A DNA stretch of 64,000 nt from Octopus sinensis (Eukaryota). Below, in pieces: positions 38,422 through 51,120 of the stretch (the first letter of the stretch is position 1; each line of letters opens with the position of its first letter). Below the pieces are notes generated by a model. That model saw only the letters and a list, made by a program, of their open reading frames with translations, made no database searches and was not told the DNA's origin. The stretch covers positions 41,788,001-41,852,000 of the forward strand of contig NC_042998.1 in the NCBI RefSeq assembly GCF_006345805.1, in the 5' to 3' direction. The position numbers and the translations under genes are program-made.

Positions 38422-39609
38422 AAACCTCTAAATTATAAAGGTTTTCTTTGGATACGCAAGTCTAACAGATTATACATTTTTAAATTGATGCACAAAGACT
38501 ACTTAGCATTTTTGCACCCAAATCACACGTGTGTATGTGTGTGCATACATAACTTTTGAAGGTGGAAATAAAGGATTTATGCAAAGTTTTAAAATCTCAT
38601 CTGCTAATACTTTTCAGGCAATATATACTCTATAGCTTGTATTGTTCTTTCCTTATTTGGTGAACCAACGTTATTGCTTAGTTTTATTTATACAACTATA
38701 TCTAGTTAACAAATACGGTAAAAGAGCAGACTGATAGTTTGGGGACGATGTCTCGTCGATAACAATAATCAGCTGATAATCTTAAGTTTGGGACCCGCTA
38801 CATTTGATAACAAAAGGGCGTTAACAACATTATCTGTGATTATGATAAATGAATTCCACTGTAGTTAATTCCAAGGCAAAAGCATCTTTGAAATAAATTG
38901 TACCTTAAATTGCTATTATTAACTAGATTGCCAAACAAAAACGCCTTGTGACATTTAGTTATATACCCGTTTACACCCGGGTTCGAATCCTAACCATGCC
39001 TTTCATCTTTTGAAAGACAAGTAGTGAGGTCGATTTAATCGATTATGTCTATTTTCCATTTTTCTGGTCTGGGTAACATTTGTTAGCAATCATGACATTG
39101 AAGTTCGTCAAGTGCTAGAGTAAAAGCGGTGTGGTGTTTAGTTATTATAATTTCAACATTTTGAGTTCAAATCCCGCTAGATTTGACTTTGCAGCTCTCC
39201 ATTTGGAGTTTATAGAATAAATACCAAAATGGAAGCGAATAAATAATTTACATCTTCTCATTCTAACTATATAGTCTTGTAACTATGTTAGAAATTCTTT
39301 AATGTCATCAGGAGTTGCATGAACGCCATATTTTCTCGTATTCCTTCGTTAAGATTCGCTAGCAATATTAATACTGAACAGTAATACCTAATCAATATTA
39401 GTCAACTAGTCTTCTTTAAGAGTTAAAAGAAAACAAAAAACTATTGAGTTCCATTATATTAATGTTTATTAAAGCAATTCTGTTAAACAATATAACCAAA
39501 ATGGTGTGTGATGTACAACAGGTGAGCATGAATGAAAGTTAAAAGAAGCTGAAACTCTGCTCATTGCTGAGATAACATATACATTAATACATTTCTTTCC
39601 TTTTAATAG

Positions 39610-39693
39610 GGAAAAGGATCAAAGCGTAAAGGAGGGAAGTTTAAGCGTTCTGATGGCAGTTTTTCCGACAGTTCGAACAGTTTTATCCGACAG
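39610..39693 (+). CDS. CACNB: Internal coding exon of the voltage-gated Ca2+ channel beta subunit (GKGSKRKGGKFKRSDGSFSDSSNSFIRQ)
   Basis: tttctttccttttaatAG| ... CAG|GTAAGT, 84 nt, phase 0-0. Closely matches vertebrate CACNB1 exon 2 [29 protein letters not shown] (recalled from memory). Confidence 0.9.
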
Positions 39694-42049
39694 GTAAGTT
39701 CATGTTTTGGTTCACTAACAAATCAGGAAAAGATGGCGATTGTGTATCTCTCTGTTGCCGTAGTCACAGATGCGCGCGCATTCACACGCAAACACATACG
39801 TGCACAGCTAAATGCAACAATAATAATAAGACAAATACGCATGAATATACGCACGTACATATGTAAAGTCATAACGAATATTAACTCAATATCTCACAGT
39901 AGCTTTGACATATGGTTTAGAATTAACTATGATTAAATGGATAAAAAAAGAAAAAAAGAAAATAAAAAGAAAAAAAAAAGAAAAAAATTGCATGAATTGT
40001 GTAAAGTTGATTTGCAAATTTTTAAAGATTTTTTTTTTACATTTTTTAATTAAGCAGTATATATTGTTTTTTTTACATATATAATGAGAATGGCATTTTT
40101 TTCTGTGTTGATTTACAAAAGTAAAACGTTTCATCCAATAACATTTTCTGATTTATGTTCTAGTACCCTGCAAACCCTTTCCCCGCATAGTATGTGATTA
40201 AGGAATAAAGACTACGTAGATATCTAATTGTATTAATACGTGTATATATTATTTGTATTGATATACTGTAAGTTTGTAATCTTATTTAATATAGAATGTA
40301 GTCACCAATGTTTTATAATGTTTGTAAATCAAAATTATAGTTCTGAGATGAACCAAAAGGAAAGGGAATATTTTACTTATCTAACCCTATAATTCTTATC
40401 TCCATTTCTTATTCTAAATTTCCCCTCTGAATAACTCAGAATAGATTGTCCACACGCCTAATTAGTGCAACTGATGAAAATTACAACCAATTTTTGTTTT
40501 TGTTTCATCATGTTGGCTTATTTGATAACATGAGCTTGTAGAGTTATGAATGATTTGTGGTAACATTATTTCATCACATTTCCTTATTCTGAAGCTTGTC
40601 AATATTATATACCTATGGAAAAGTTTAATATTGTCATTTACTTGGACTACCTACTCTATTTGACATACCTACACATGTGTGGCTTACTCCTCAACTTTGT
40701 TTCCTCATAACTCTCGAAAAAAAACCAGATATTTTTTTGAATGAAATTTTCTACAAATACCTTTCAGATGATGTAGATTATGATTATATTGGAATTTAAT
40801 GTGTGGTGGGAAGGAGGAAACAAAAGCCAAAAAAAAAAAAAAAAAAAATCTGGTAGGCGCGCACATTCTGATACACATCACTGTTTTCAAAATTTAAAAT
40901 TTCATTTTGTAGATATTAGTGTGATGTGTCAGTGTATATATGTGCGCACTTACCCAGTATATATGGCAATCAATATATATATAACTGTACATTGAATTTT
41001 CAATAAATCGTAATCTTCATCATCTGAAAGGTATCCAGAAAATTTCATTTAAAAACATCCATTTTTCTGAAAGTTATGAGGAAACAAAGTCGAGGTGGTG
41101 TGTGATACACCATTCTTCCATGAATGTAAACTTGATAGTATATAAACTTTTCGCAATTTGAAAAGGATTTTCATTATGTTACTCTTATAAATATCTTTCC
41201 CTCCACTCTGTCAAATTTTTCATTACAGATCCTCGTAACGTGTCCTTTTTTACTCTTAGTTTTATATTGCTGTTAAGTGTTGTATTTTTTATTGTGAATA
41301 TTATTTGAAGAATATAGCTTATAAATTGTACTAGTCTATAATTTGTTTGTGGTTGATAAAAATATCACCATCTATCTACCCTTGTGAAGCTACCATAATT
41401 TGGCCAGCTTTCGTTTTCACAACTCCCATTTTATTTACTTCCAGCTCCTTGTTTCAAAGATTTTCTTTTTTCTTATTTTTGTATGGAAAAAGAGTGTTAT
41501 ATTTAGTTGAGTTGCTCATTTCTTTTTCATTAGCATTTTCACCAGATTTTAACCAATTTTAAAAAGTATCAGTTAAGTAATGCTTGAGCATATTTTCCTG
41601 GCTTGGTGATCATACACTTTCATTCAACGCCAATTTCCAAAAGTTATTTTTTCCGCAATTTATGCTTGGCAAGCATTGATTCGGAGCTGTGATAATTGGC
41701 CTTCTGATCATTGATTGATAATCATTGCTAGCTGTCTTATTCTCTTAAGTGATCATTTAAAAGTTTCCCCCAACTAGCTTTCTCATTATATATCTGTTCT
41801 TTCATCTTTCTTTTACTTTTGCTACCAATTACTGATTTTTTAAAGACTACTTTTTACCCATTTGTGTGCTTGCACAGAAGATAGTTTTTCTTCATGTTTT
41901 AAGATGCAGTTATTTGATGAAGGAAATTACACTGTTGACTTTCTGGCAAGTTAGGATTGGTCATAGGGATCACTAAGGCCCCTAGACTAACTGTGATGAG
42001 AAGAGGAGAAACAGGTATATCAATTGGGTTTGAGTGATAGCACTATGCT

Positions 42050-42440
42050 TGATGAGAAATGGATAAAGTCAAAGGGTTGCTTAGCTAGTTGTTTCCTGTT
42101 CCAAACATAGTAAAATGCTTTTCTTATGTCATGTTTATTGCCATTGAAAAGTGAGAAACTTCTAGAAAGGTTCATAGTTAATCTGGCTTTACAGAAGCTG
42201 TCCTGGTGGAAGAAAGATTCTTGAGGATTGATGGGTCACTCTCTGGAAAGTTTCCAAAGACTACTACTATTGAGAGAATAGGGGTAAGCTCTGAGCACAA
42301 TATTTGACTGTAATAGAAGGAATATTGTTAGCAGCCTTGTTGCTTTGAAGCTGTAGGAGGGATTTTTAGTGGAGAGACTGGCAAAGTTTTTTTTGTGTGC
42401 ATTCAGGGATGTGAATGCATCGTGATACTAACTGTTAGAG
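42050..42440 (-). mobile_element. Decayed CR1/L2-like LINE RT fragment
   Basis: Remnant 'NKAANNIPSITVKYCAQ-L-PILS' resembles the KA.GPD.IP..LK.CA..L.P.L pre-RT motif. Confidence 0.4.
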
Positions 42441-43081
42441 AGAGTTCAGATAAATTATCATTTGTGTTTGTTTTTATGTCCAACTTTTCCATGCTGCTAT
42501 GGGTGAGATGAATGCATATATATTGAGGCATTGGCTTTACAGCCAGGTACCTTTACTGTTGCTAATCTATATCTGATTTTCAAGGCAGGGAAATTTTTCC
42601 ACATGTCTTTGAAGGTGCAGTTAGTGAACAATTTGTTGACAAGGAATGTTAACAAACTTCATCATTATTTATCTTGATGCTTTTCATGTGATGTGAAGTA
42701 TGTAAGCATTAACACACATGCACACATACATATCTATAAATATATATACAATATACATACATACCTGTATCCAAACTGTCTTGATATGCCTATGTATGCT
42801 ATAGTTCTACATTTGTAATTTTTGTCACCTAAAAAGCTAGAAAGGTATGTGGCTGGCTTCTATCCTCTGCAGTTTAGTTGAGGGGAAATAGCTAGTTGGT
42901 AAGCTATTAATCTCAAATCTTCTGTTGGTAGATTGTTGAGTTCACAAAGCTGTCAAGAATAGGTTCAGGATCATGTGGAAATTTTATAGACTGGTAGACT
43001 ATCCAGCTTCATGGTATGAAACTGGAACTAACGCTGGTCGCTGGAGCCCTTTTGTGCTGTGGAAACATTCACCTCACTGTA

Positions 43082-43997
43082 TGAGGTGGTATCAAAAGAT
43101 TCCTGAACTAGTTATGTTTAATAAAAAAATAACTTATTTACCTTAGTTTTAACATCATCTCCTTTGAAATAGTTCCCTTGTGCAGCAATACACTGGTCCC
43201 AGCTTTCCTGCCACTTTTGGAATCTGGTCTGGAAGTCATTTTCTGTAAGCGAGTCGAGGACCTTCTGCAATTCTCTCTGGATCTCGACATTGGTATTAAA
43301 ATGGTGACCTATGAGCTGCATTTTTATCTTGGGGAAGAGATGGAAATCCGCAGGTGCTAAATGTGGTGAATAGGGTGGGCGCAGAAGTGATACCATGTTG
43401 TTTTTGGTGAGAAACCCCTGAATGAGGAGAGCTTGGTGACAGGGTGCATTGTCATTGTGAAGAATCCAATTCTTCGTGCTCCACAGATCTGGTTGCTTTT
43501 GCCAAATGTCCTCCTTCAAATGCTTCAAAACATTGCAGTAGAACTCTCGATTGACAGTCTGGCCCTGGGGAACAAATTCTTGATGTACAACACCACATTT
43601 CTGGGGGTGACATTCATAGCAGGTCTTCCAGATCGTTCATCGTCTTCAGGAACATTCTTCTGTTTTTGAAGTGCCCATGCCACTTGAAACATTGTGTATG
43701 ACCCATTGTCTGGTGGCTGTATGCTTGCCAAAGCATGCTTAATGTCTCTGTAGCAGACTTCCCAAGTTTAATGCAAAATTTCATGTTGGCTCTTTGTTTG
43801 TCCGGGACAAAATCGCAGACTACAGCATACATGTGATCACAAAAAGCACAAATTTCACAACTTGCAAAGTAAACACAGTGATGTCACTCAGCACACTGCT
43901 TCATGAAGGTCACTGCTAGCTTTCACTGCAAATGCAACCATGTACTTACATTTGTTGGTGTGCTACACTGGTCCAGCAACTTTTTGATACCACCTTG
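43082..43997 (-). mobile_element. Mariner (DD34D) transposon, internally deleted
   Basis: TA|tgaggtggtatcaaaag ... ctttttgataccaccttg|TA. Remnants QRANMKFCIKLGKSATET, EDDERSGRP, LHNDNAPCH, PPYSPHLAPADF. Confidence 0.9.
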
Positions 43998-44085
43998 TAG
44001 TTTGATGAGTAATATGGATACTGCCTGTGAAAATTATTCAGTTTATGTATGAAGGAAATATAGCTAATATATTAAACTTGATAAG

Positions 44086-44298
44086 GTGGTGAGCTGGCAG
44101 AATTGTTAGCACATTGGACTAAGTGCTTAGTGGCATTTTCTCTCCCTTTGCATTCTGAGCTCAAATTCTGCTGAGATTGACTTTGTTTTTCAACCTTTTT
44201 GAAGTCATTAAAATAAGTACCAGTTGAGCATTGGAGTTGATGTAAACAACTTTTTCTATCACCCAAAATTTCTAGCCTTGTGCCAAAATTTGAAACCA
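44086..44298 (+). mobile_element. SINE family A
   Basis: 'ggtgagctggcagaattgttagc...gagctcaaattc...aaataagtaccagttgagc...ttgtgccaaaatttgaaacc'. Confidence 0.8.
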
Positions 44299-44624
44299 TT
44301 ATATCAAACTTGGTTATTTCAAGTAGGAGTCTCACATATTTTGCTTTTCATTCTTTGTTGAAATTTTAATAGCAGAATTCAAGCAAAAATACTGGCTCTC
44401 ATGATCAAATTAATTTGATTTAATTCATTAATATAAGTAGGAGGAAATGGTGAATGACTCTAGCTTTTCTTAAAACCCTCTGTAAACTAGAGTATAGAGT
44501 TAACTGTAAACCAATGTAGTTAACACTAAGCTGGAATTTTTAAAGATTGGAGTTGAAATGAGCACATAAAAAGAGTTCTAAAAGTAATGTAATTCTCGGA
44601 GGAAATATCTTGCAAAGTCTAGAA

Positions 44625-44880
44625 CAATGGTTCTCAACTAGAGTCCATATGACTCTTGGGAGTCTGTATAAGATTTTGTTGTAAAAGTTTACATCCCATA
44701 AATTGGTTATACTTCTATACGACACAAAATATTTGGACATTTTTTTATACAATTCCTAATAATACTTGATTAAAAAAATGTAATAGGATTTTTTAAACAT
44801 CAAATGGCTATGAGAGTCCACTTGAGTAAAACTGGCACTAAAGGGTTCCAAAGTTAAAAAAAAATGGTTGGAAGTTCAGA
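44625..44880. mobile_element. hAT (Charlie-like) MITE, decayed
   Basis: 'caatggttctcaac' start and a body similar to 38182-38421. Confidence 0.6.
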
Positions 44881-47789
44881 TTGAATATGAGCTAATACTA
44901 ATTATTGTGAAATTTGAGAGAAGGGATTTAAATTGAATGAATTTATGTAGAACAGGTTTATGACTAATGCATTTTTGTCAAAATTTTTACAGCCTAACAT
45001 CTTTAAAAGAAAGGAAATGATTAGTCTATTGGCCGCATATAACTTATGACAGCCTTTGGAGATAGATATTGTAGATATGCTATTTTTCAAAATGTGAAAT
45101 TTACTTATCAATTCAGTAAGATTAGGAGAATTAGTTTTTGTAGAAGAGTGTTTTTATGAAATCTTTGCTTTTCTCTTATTGGTGTTATGCTTGTTATTTG
45201 AAAGATGTATATTTTTGACTGCATCTACACTATAATTATTGCTTATATGTGTTACTAAATTTTGCGATATGTTTGTTAATATGTATGTAGTTTTTAATGT
45301 TACTTATTAAAAAATAAGTAGATTTATTTTGTTAGTGAGGTAACTGAAATAATTGTTTGCTATGTTTATGTAAAGATTTTTTAATGATAGACTATCATAA
45401 GTGCCACAAAGTGAAAATCTTTTTTTTAAGTCTATAAATGTGGAAGGTATTCTAAATGAATTGCCATGTTTCCTGTCTAAGCATATTCTTTTGTTGTTAA
45501 GTCTGATTTTGGCTATAAACAGTAGCTCTGATCTCATCGCAGAAACACTGCACGTCTAAATCTAGAAATGTTTGTCTTGTTAATCTTGTTTCACAAACAA
45601 ACAAAATTGTCTCCTAGTTTTTAACACCATCAATATATTGGCAATAAAATTTGTGTTTATTGACAGTAGAATATGCTTTGTTCACTATCTGGTTTAGACT
45701 ATAACTGAAAAAAGTAATGCCAAATAGTGAGGTTATAACCATCAACTCTGTCTTATGCTGGAATGGAAAAGCATTTAGTGCTCTTGTGTATAAACAATTT
45801 CTTAACCAATTTCTTAGTTAAGAGAATATGTATGGTGGTGATGTCATTGAAATGTAAACTGGTATATTACCTGCTAATGGTGTGTAGCAATCTTGGAAAT
45901 TATGTTTGATTAAATGATCAATTACTTTTATTGTTGTAAAGTCAACATGTTTTTATTTTAGTGAAATAATAGTCTTGGAAAAATTTTGTCTTAATCATTT
46001 TTATGCAATCATAGATTTTAAAAAATGGTGAAAGTTTACTAAAAGCTTAGATATCTTGAAGTATTTATGTTTTTTACTGAATTTGAGATTCAGTATATTA
46101 GTTTGTGTGAATATTTCGCTACAGTATGTAGTAATTAAAATTATATTCTTGTATTACTTTTTTAAGGCAGTATCTGTTGTTCTTATAGATTTTGACATTG
46201 CATTGGATGTTTGACAAAGCAGTATGTTGATTCTGATATGCCTGTGTAACAATTTTGTAGTTTTAATGAACAGTATGTCTCTTTAGTAATATTCCAGTAA
46301 AGTATTTTTAAACTTGAATTTCTTTACAAAATGTTAAGCTTCACTTTTTTTATATTGGATTTTGTGGGTTTAATAATTTTTCAGTTTGAGAGATTCTATA
46401 AAAAGAGAGGTTTCTGAACTTGTTGCAATCAAATTAAAATAACATTTACTCTAAACTGATGTATTATTTGAAGATTATACATACACACACGCACATATAC
46501 ACGCACACATGCACACATACACATGAACATATACAAACAGACAGTGTGTGTGTGTGTGTGTATGAATGGGAAGCAGCCTTTTCTTTTGAACACATTATTG
46601 GAGACTATTCTCTGGCTGAAATTTTTTTAATCACAATTTCTTGTAGTATCAATCCTTCATATCTTGTTTCAACTTTCCCATCTTATATTCTGAATGAAAT
46701 CATTTTAGTTTTTGGTTCTTAATCTTCTTCCTAACTGGAAGATTAGGCCTCAGCTTTTTGAAGCCCTTGACACTAGTCTTTAGCAACACTGTGTATTGTT
46801 CCATATATGATGCATTTCCCACAGCCTTTCCTCTTCAATGGCTGTACATCTGATGTTCTTTTGGATGTCCAGGCTTTTGGTTTCTTGATGGTATCCATGT
46901 TAATGCTATCTATGGTATATTCTCCTAGCTTATTATGAATGCATAATCCAGCCATCTGAGCCACTAGCATTTTATTAATGACTTGTAAGGATGCGGTATT
47001 TTGTTATGCAACCATAATATAGAGTTATCTCTACTATAATTTCTATAGACTAGCATTTTATTTCAAGGATCACACTACTGCAACTAATTTTACAGTGCAA
47101 CTTATTTGACACTTTGCTGATCCAGAGCTGCAGTAGATTTTCTTCAAGCACCCATTGTTGAAAGTATTGAACTTTTCATGTTTTACTGAAACATACATTA
47201 GGACAGATTTGACATTAATGGTATAGAATCCAACCTTAGTCCTAAAACTGCATTCAGATCAACAGAAATCTCGCAGGCTTTGGCAACCTTACTTGTAAGC
47301 CCTTTATTGATCCATTGACTTCGCTGATAAGGTGTCCTAGACATGTAAAGTCTTACTGACAGTGTTGAAATGATTTGAACAGTGGTGGTTATTGCTGTTT
47401 TTATTTGTAACTGAAAATAATGGAACACTGGTATAATTGTTTCTCATTGTTAACCATTGGATTTCAAATTTTCTAATTGTTAACATCAAGTTTTCTGCAG
47501 CAATTAAAAAGTGATTTGATATTTGTATTTTAATTTTAAGATTTGTGTGTTATTTTTTGTATTATATTTTCTATTGATATAGCTTCTATGACAAGTCATG
47601 TAGTTTTCTTTGGGAATCCTTTATAAAATTGCTCTCATCATCATCATCGTTATCATCATCATTTTAACATCCACATTTCCATGCTTGCATGGGTGAGACA
47701 GAATTCATCAAGGGAGATTTTTTTTATATGCATGTGTGTGTATGTATATGTGTGTGTGTGTGTATTGTATATTTTTTCTTTCTTTTCTT

Positions 47790-48234
47790 TTACTTGTTCC
47801 AGTCATTTGACTGCTGCCATGCTGGAGTATTGCCTTTAGTTGAGCAAATCGACCCCAGGACTTATTCTTTGTAAGCCTAGTACTTACTCTATTGGTCTCT
47901 TTTGCTGAACTGCTAAGTTAAAGGGACATAATCATACCAGCATCGGGTGTCAAGTGATGTTGGTGGGGACAAACAGGGACACACTAACATATCACACACA
48001 TACCTTTTTACCTTTTACTTGTTTCTGTCATTAGACTGTGGCCATGCTGGGGCACCGCCTTGAAGAATTCTAGTCGAAAGAATCGACCCCAGTACTAATT
48101 TTTTTATAGCTTCTTACTTATTTTCTTGGTGACTTTAGCCGAACCGCTAAGTTATGGGGATGTAAACACACCAACACCAGTTGTCAAGCAGTGGTAGAGG
48201 GCAGACACAGACACACATACACATATATATACAT

Positions 48235-48267
<33 letters not shown>

Positions 48268-49022
48268 GTTAGGCGGGTAATCTCTGTGGTTCCGTGGAGG
48301 GGTCGATATATCGCTTGTGTGCTGCTGCGCTCATTAACCTCTTTTCCCTTGACTTGCAATGTTCATTCAAGGTGCTCCTCCATGTTGGCCGGTCAGCTGG
48401 AGGCTGTCCCATTTCTCTGCGTTGAAGACAAGGACCGTCAAATCTCCTGTATTGTAGCCGAGGTCGATGACCCATGTGAATACCATGCCGACAACACTGA
48501 AAAGGGAGATGCCCCTGAAGTTGTTGCAGTTGCTTCTTTCACCCTTGTTCTTGTAGAGGGTGATAATCTTGGTGTCTCTCATATCCTGTGGAATAGCACT
48601 TTCTTGCTAGAACTGACAGAAGACCCCATGAAGTGGCTGCAGTAGGGTAGTCTTGCATTGCTTGATCAGGTCTGGGGGAATCCCATTGCTGCCCGGAGCC
48701 TTGCTCGAGGCCAAGCCATCTATAGCCTTGCTGAACTCGATCAGGGTTGGCTCAGCGTCAAGCTCTTCCATGATGCCACTCAGTGGCATCAAGAGCTGAG
48801 TGGGACACTGTGTTCTGTCTGGAGTAGAGATCAGAGTAATGTTCCACCCATTTCTCCATGCTGACTTCTGTTATATATTTATATATATATGATAGGCTTC
48901 TTTCAGTTTCTGTCTACCAATCCACTCACAAGGTTTTGGTTGGCCTGAGGCTATAGTAGAAGACACTTGCCCAAAATGCCATCCAGTGGGACTGAATCTG
49001 GAACTATGTGGTTGGTAAGCTA
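47790..49022 (-). mobile_element. SINE family B cluster: extra tail (47790-47990), tail (48010-48215) and head (48892-49022) split by an RTE fragment
   Basis: Head and tail have the same orientation and join through TA repeats once 48269-48870 is removed. Confidence 0.7.
48269..48870 (-). mobile_element. RTE (BovB-like) LINE fragment with internal deletion
   Basis: KAPGSNGIPPDLIK and IITLYKNKGERSNCNNFRGISL joined directly to the C-terminal DRPTWRSTL. Confidence 0.8.
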
Positions 49023-49204
49023 ACTACTTGCCACACAGCCATATAATATATATATATATATTATATATATTTATATATATATTTATATATATATTTATAT
49101 ATATATAATATATATATATATATACATATATATGTATATTTATTTATATATATTTATATATATATATATATTATATATATATATTATATATATATATATA
49201 TATA

Positions 49205-49855
49205 TGCAAATTGAGATAGGGGTTGTAAATGCAACCCTCCATGGGATAACATATATCCAATATACTACTAGTGAAGTACCCAACAAAGTTAATACATAAA
49301 TGTTAATGATTGCGATGCAATCAATTCATTTACTGTATTATATGGGCAAAGGTAAAAAGATTTACCACAAATTACTAATACAAGATAAGAAAATGGAGAA
49401 ATACATCTAAATCAAATATCAATTACCAGATAATACTCAATCACATACTTTATTAAACCACCACATAAGAGACTGTAGGGTTAAATATAAAAAGCAAAAC
49501 AAATCAGTGTACATGAAGGAATGTACATAAAAAAGTGTACATAAAAGAGTAATGTTGTATAATAAGTAGAATACATATAAAAGAGAATATAAATATAAGT
49601 AAATATAAATATAAGTATAGATTACATCTTACAGCTGTTTCGGCCATGTAGATAAGTATGTCTCATTTTACCAATATTAGCCCTTTATGGTTGGTCAATA
49701 TATAGATATAAATGAGACATTTACAAAAATATCATAAGGCCTCTTCGGAGATTATGTAATATAACTCAGTCTACATAATAAAGTATGTGATTGAGTATTA
49801 TCTGGTAATTGATATTTGATTTAGATGTATTTCTCCATTTTCTTATCTTGTATAT
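49205..49855 (-). mobile_element. Penelope-like pLTR module with hammerhead and inverted repeat
   Basis: Hammerhead 49621-49760. Perfect 78-bp inverted repeat 49378-49455 / 49776-49853. TA-microsatellite flanks. Confidence 0.55.
49621..49760 (-). ncRNA. Type I hammerhead ribozyme with extended stem II (core U4C variant)
   Basis: Minus strand: ATTACATAATCT-CCGAAGA-GGCC...GGCC-GAAA-CAGCTGTA-AGATGTAAT. Palindromic ACAGCUGU stem III, GUA triplet, extra 11-bp helix inside stem II. Confidence 0.65.
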
Positions 49856-49907
49856 ATATATATATATATATAGGCAAGGAAAAATTATAAAAAGGCAGAA
49901 TGCTATT

Positions 49908-49945
<38 letters not shown>

Positions 49946-50024
49946 TGTGTATGTATAAAATATGTAATATATATGTATGCATGTATATGTTATGTCATCT
50001 TGTCTTGACAAAATGTGGTTAGTT

Positions 50025-50225
50025 GTAAATAAGTATTACTGTCATACAAGTGATGTCCTTTGTTTCCAACCTTCTATGAAAACATATCTGGTAATGGGAA
50101 AATATTACCTTATTTGGAAACAAGTGAATGTTGGCAAAAGGAGGGGCATCTAACCATAGAAAATCTACCTCAACAAATTCTGTCCAATCCATTCAAGTAT
50201 GAGAAAGTGGACATTCAAATGATGA
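50025..50225 (+). mobile_element. Older RTE 3' tail
   Basis: 'aggaggggcatctaaccatagaaaatc...gaaagtggacattcaaatgatga'. Confidence 0.55.
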
Positions 50226-50520
50226 ATCTTTGATTTTCTATTGTAACAGCTTTACAAAAACTCTAAGTGAACAACTACATGGAAATGCATTAATGTTGCT
50301 ACACTAAAAGTCTCCTACTTTGTGGTTACATTAAAAATAATTATTTTGAGGAAGTTAATTATTTTAAAGGCAGTATATAATGATTTTTTATTTCTGTATT
50401 TCTATATTTTTGTATTATTGTGTGTTGTGCACAGTGCACTGCATTTATTGGTAAGGTACTGAACTAAAATTTGCATTAATTATTTATACCATTAATGCTA
50501 TTATTACTATGTTGATTGGT

Positions 50521-50730
50521 GTGGTGAGCTGGCAGAATTGTTAGCATGCCAGGCAAAATACTTAGCAGCATTTTGTCTGTTTTTATGTTCTGAGTTCAAA
50601 TTCCACTGGGTCGATTCTGTTTTTCATCCTTTTGAGGTTGATAAAATAAGTATTAGTTGGGTACCAGGGTCGATGTAATTGACTTACCTTATCATCTGAA
50701 CTTGCTGTTCTTGTGCCAAAATTTGAAACC
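50521..50730 (+). mobile_element. SINE family A
   Basis: Same head, core and tail as 44086. Confidence 0.8.
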
Positions 50731-51120
50731 AAAGATAAGATGGTTACATAAAATATTGATATTTTGTATTTGATAGTATTTATTTTATCTTTAGTTGAAA
50801 TAAACCATTTATTTTATGAGAAGAATTTTGCTGAATATGTTCCAGTTATGTAGCAGAGCATACTTGCACTGATTTTCAAGAACTTGTGACCTTCATGAAA
50901 TTGTATCTTTAGATAATGTTACATACTGTTAGTAATCAAAAAACTGGATCACTGATGAATCTCTTCTCCTTTGTAACTAAATAAGAAATCACTAACAATA
51001 TCTTTAAATTCCAACCATAAATTTTGAATTCATTTCCATGTTTGTTCAAATAGCTCTTACTATTTTCAAATTATTCTATGTATATTATATTATTCTACAT
51101 ATTCTTTTATAGTATCTTCA

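Noticed and set aside
44086-44170. tRNA-like A/B boxes in SINE heads
   Set aside because: No complete cloverleaf. They continue into SINE core and tail sequence and recur as diverged copies.
46720-47430. Non-repetitive stretch with short minus-strand ORFs (46773-46970, 47198-47428)
   Set aside because: No recognisable motif or consistent splice signals.
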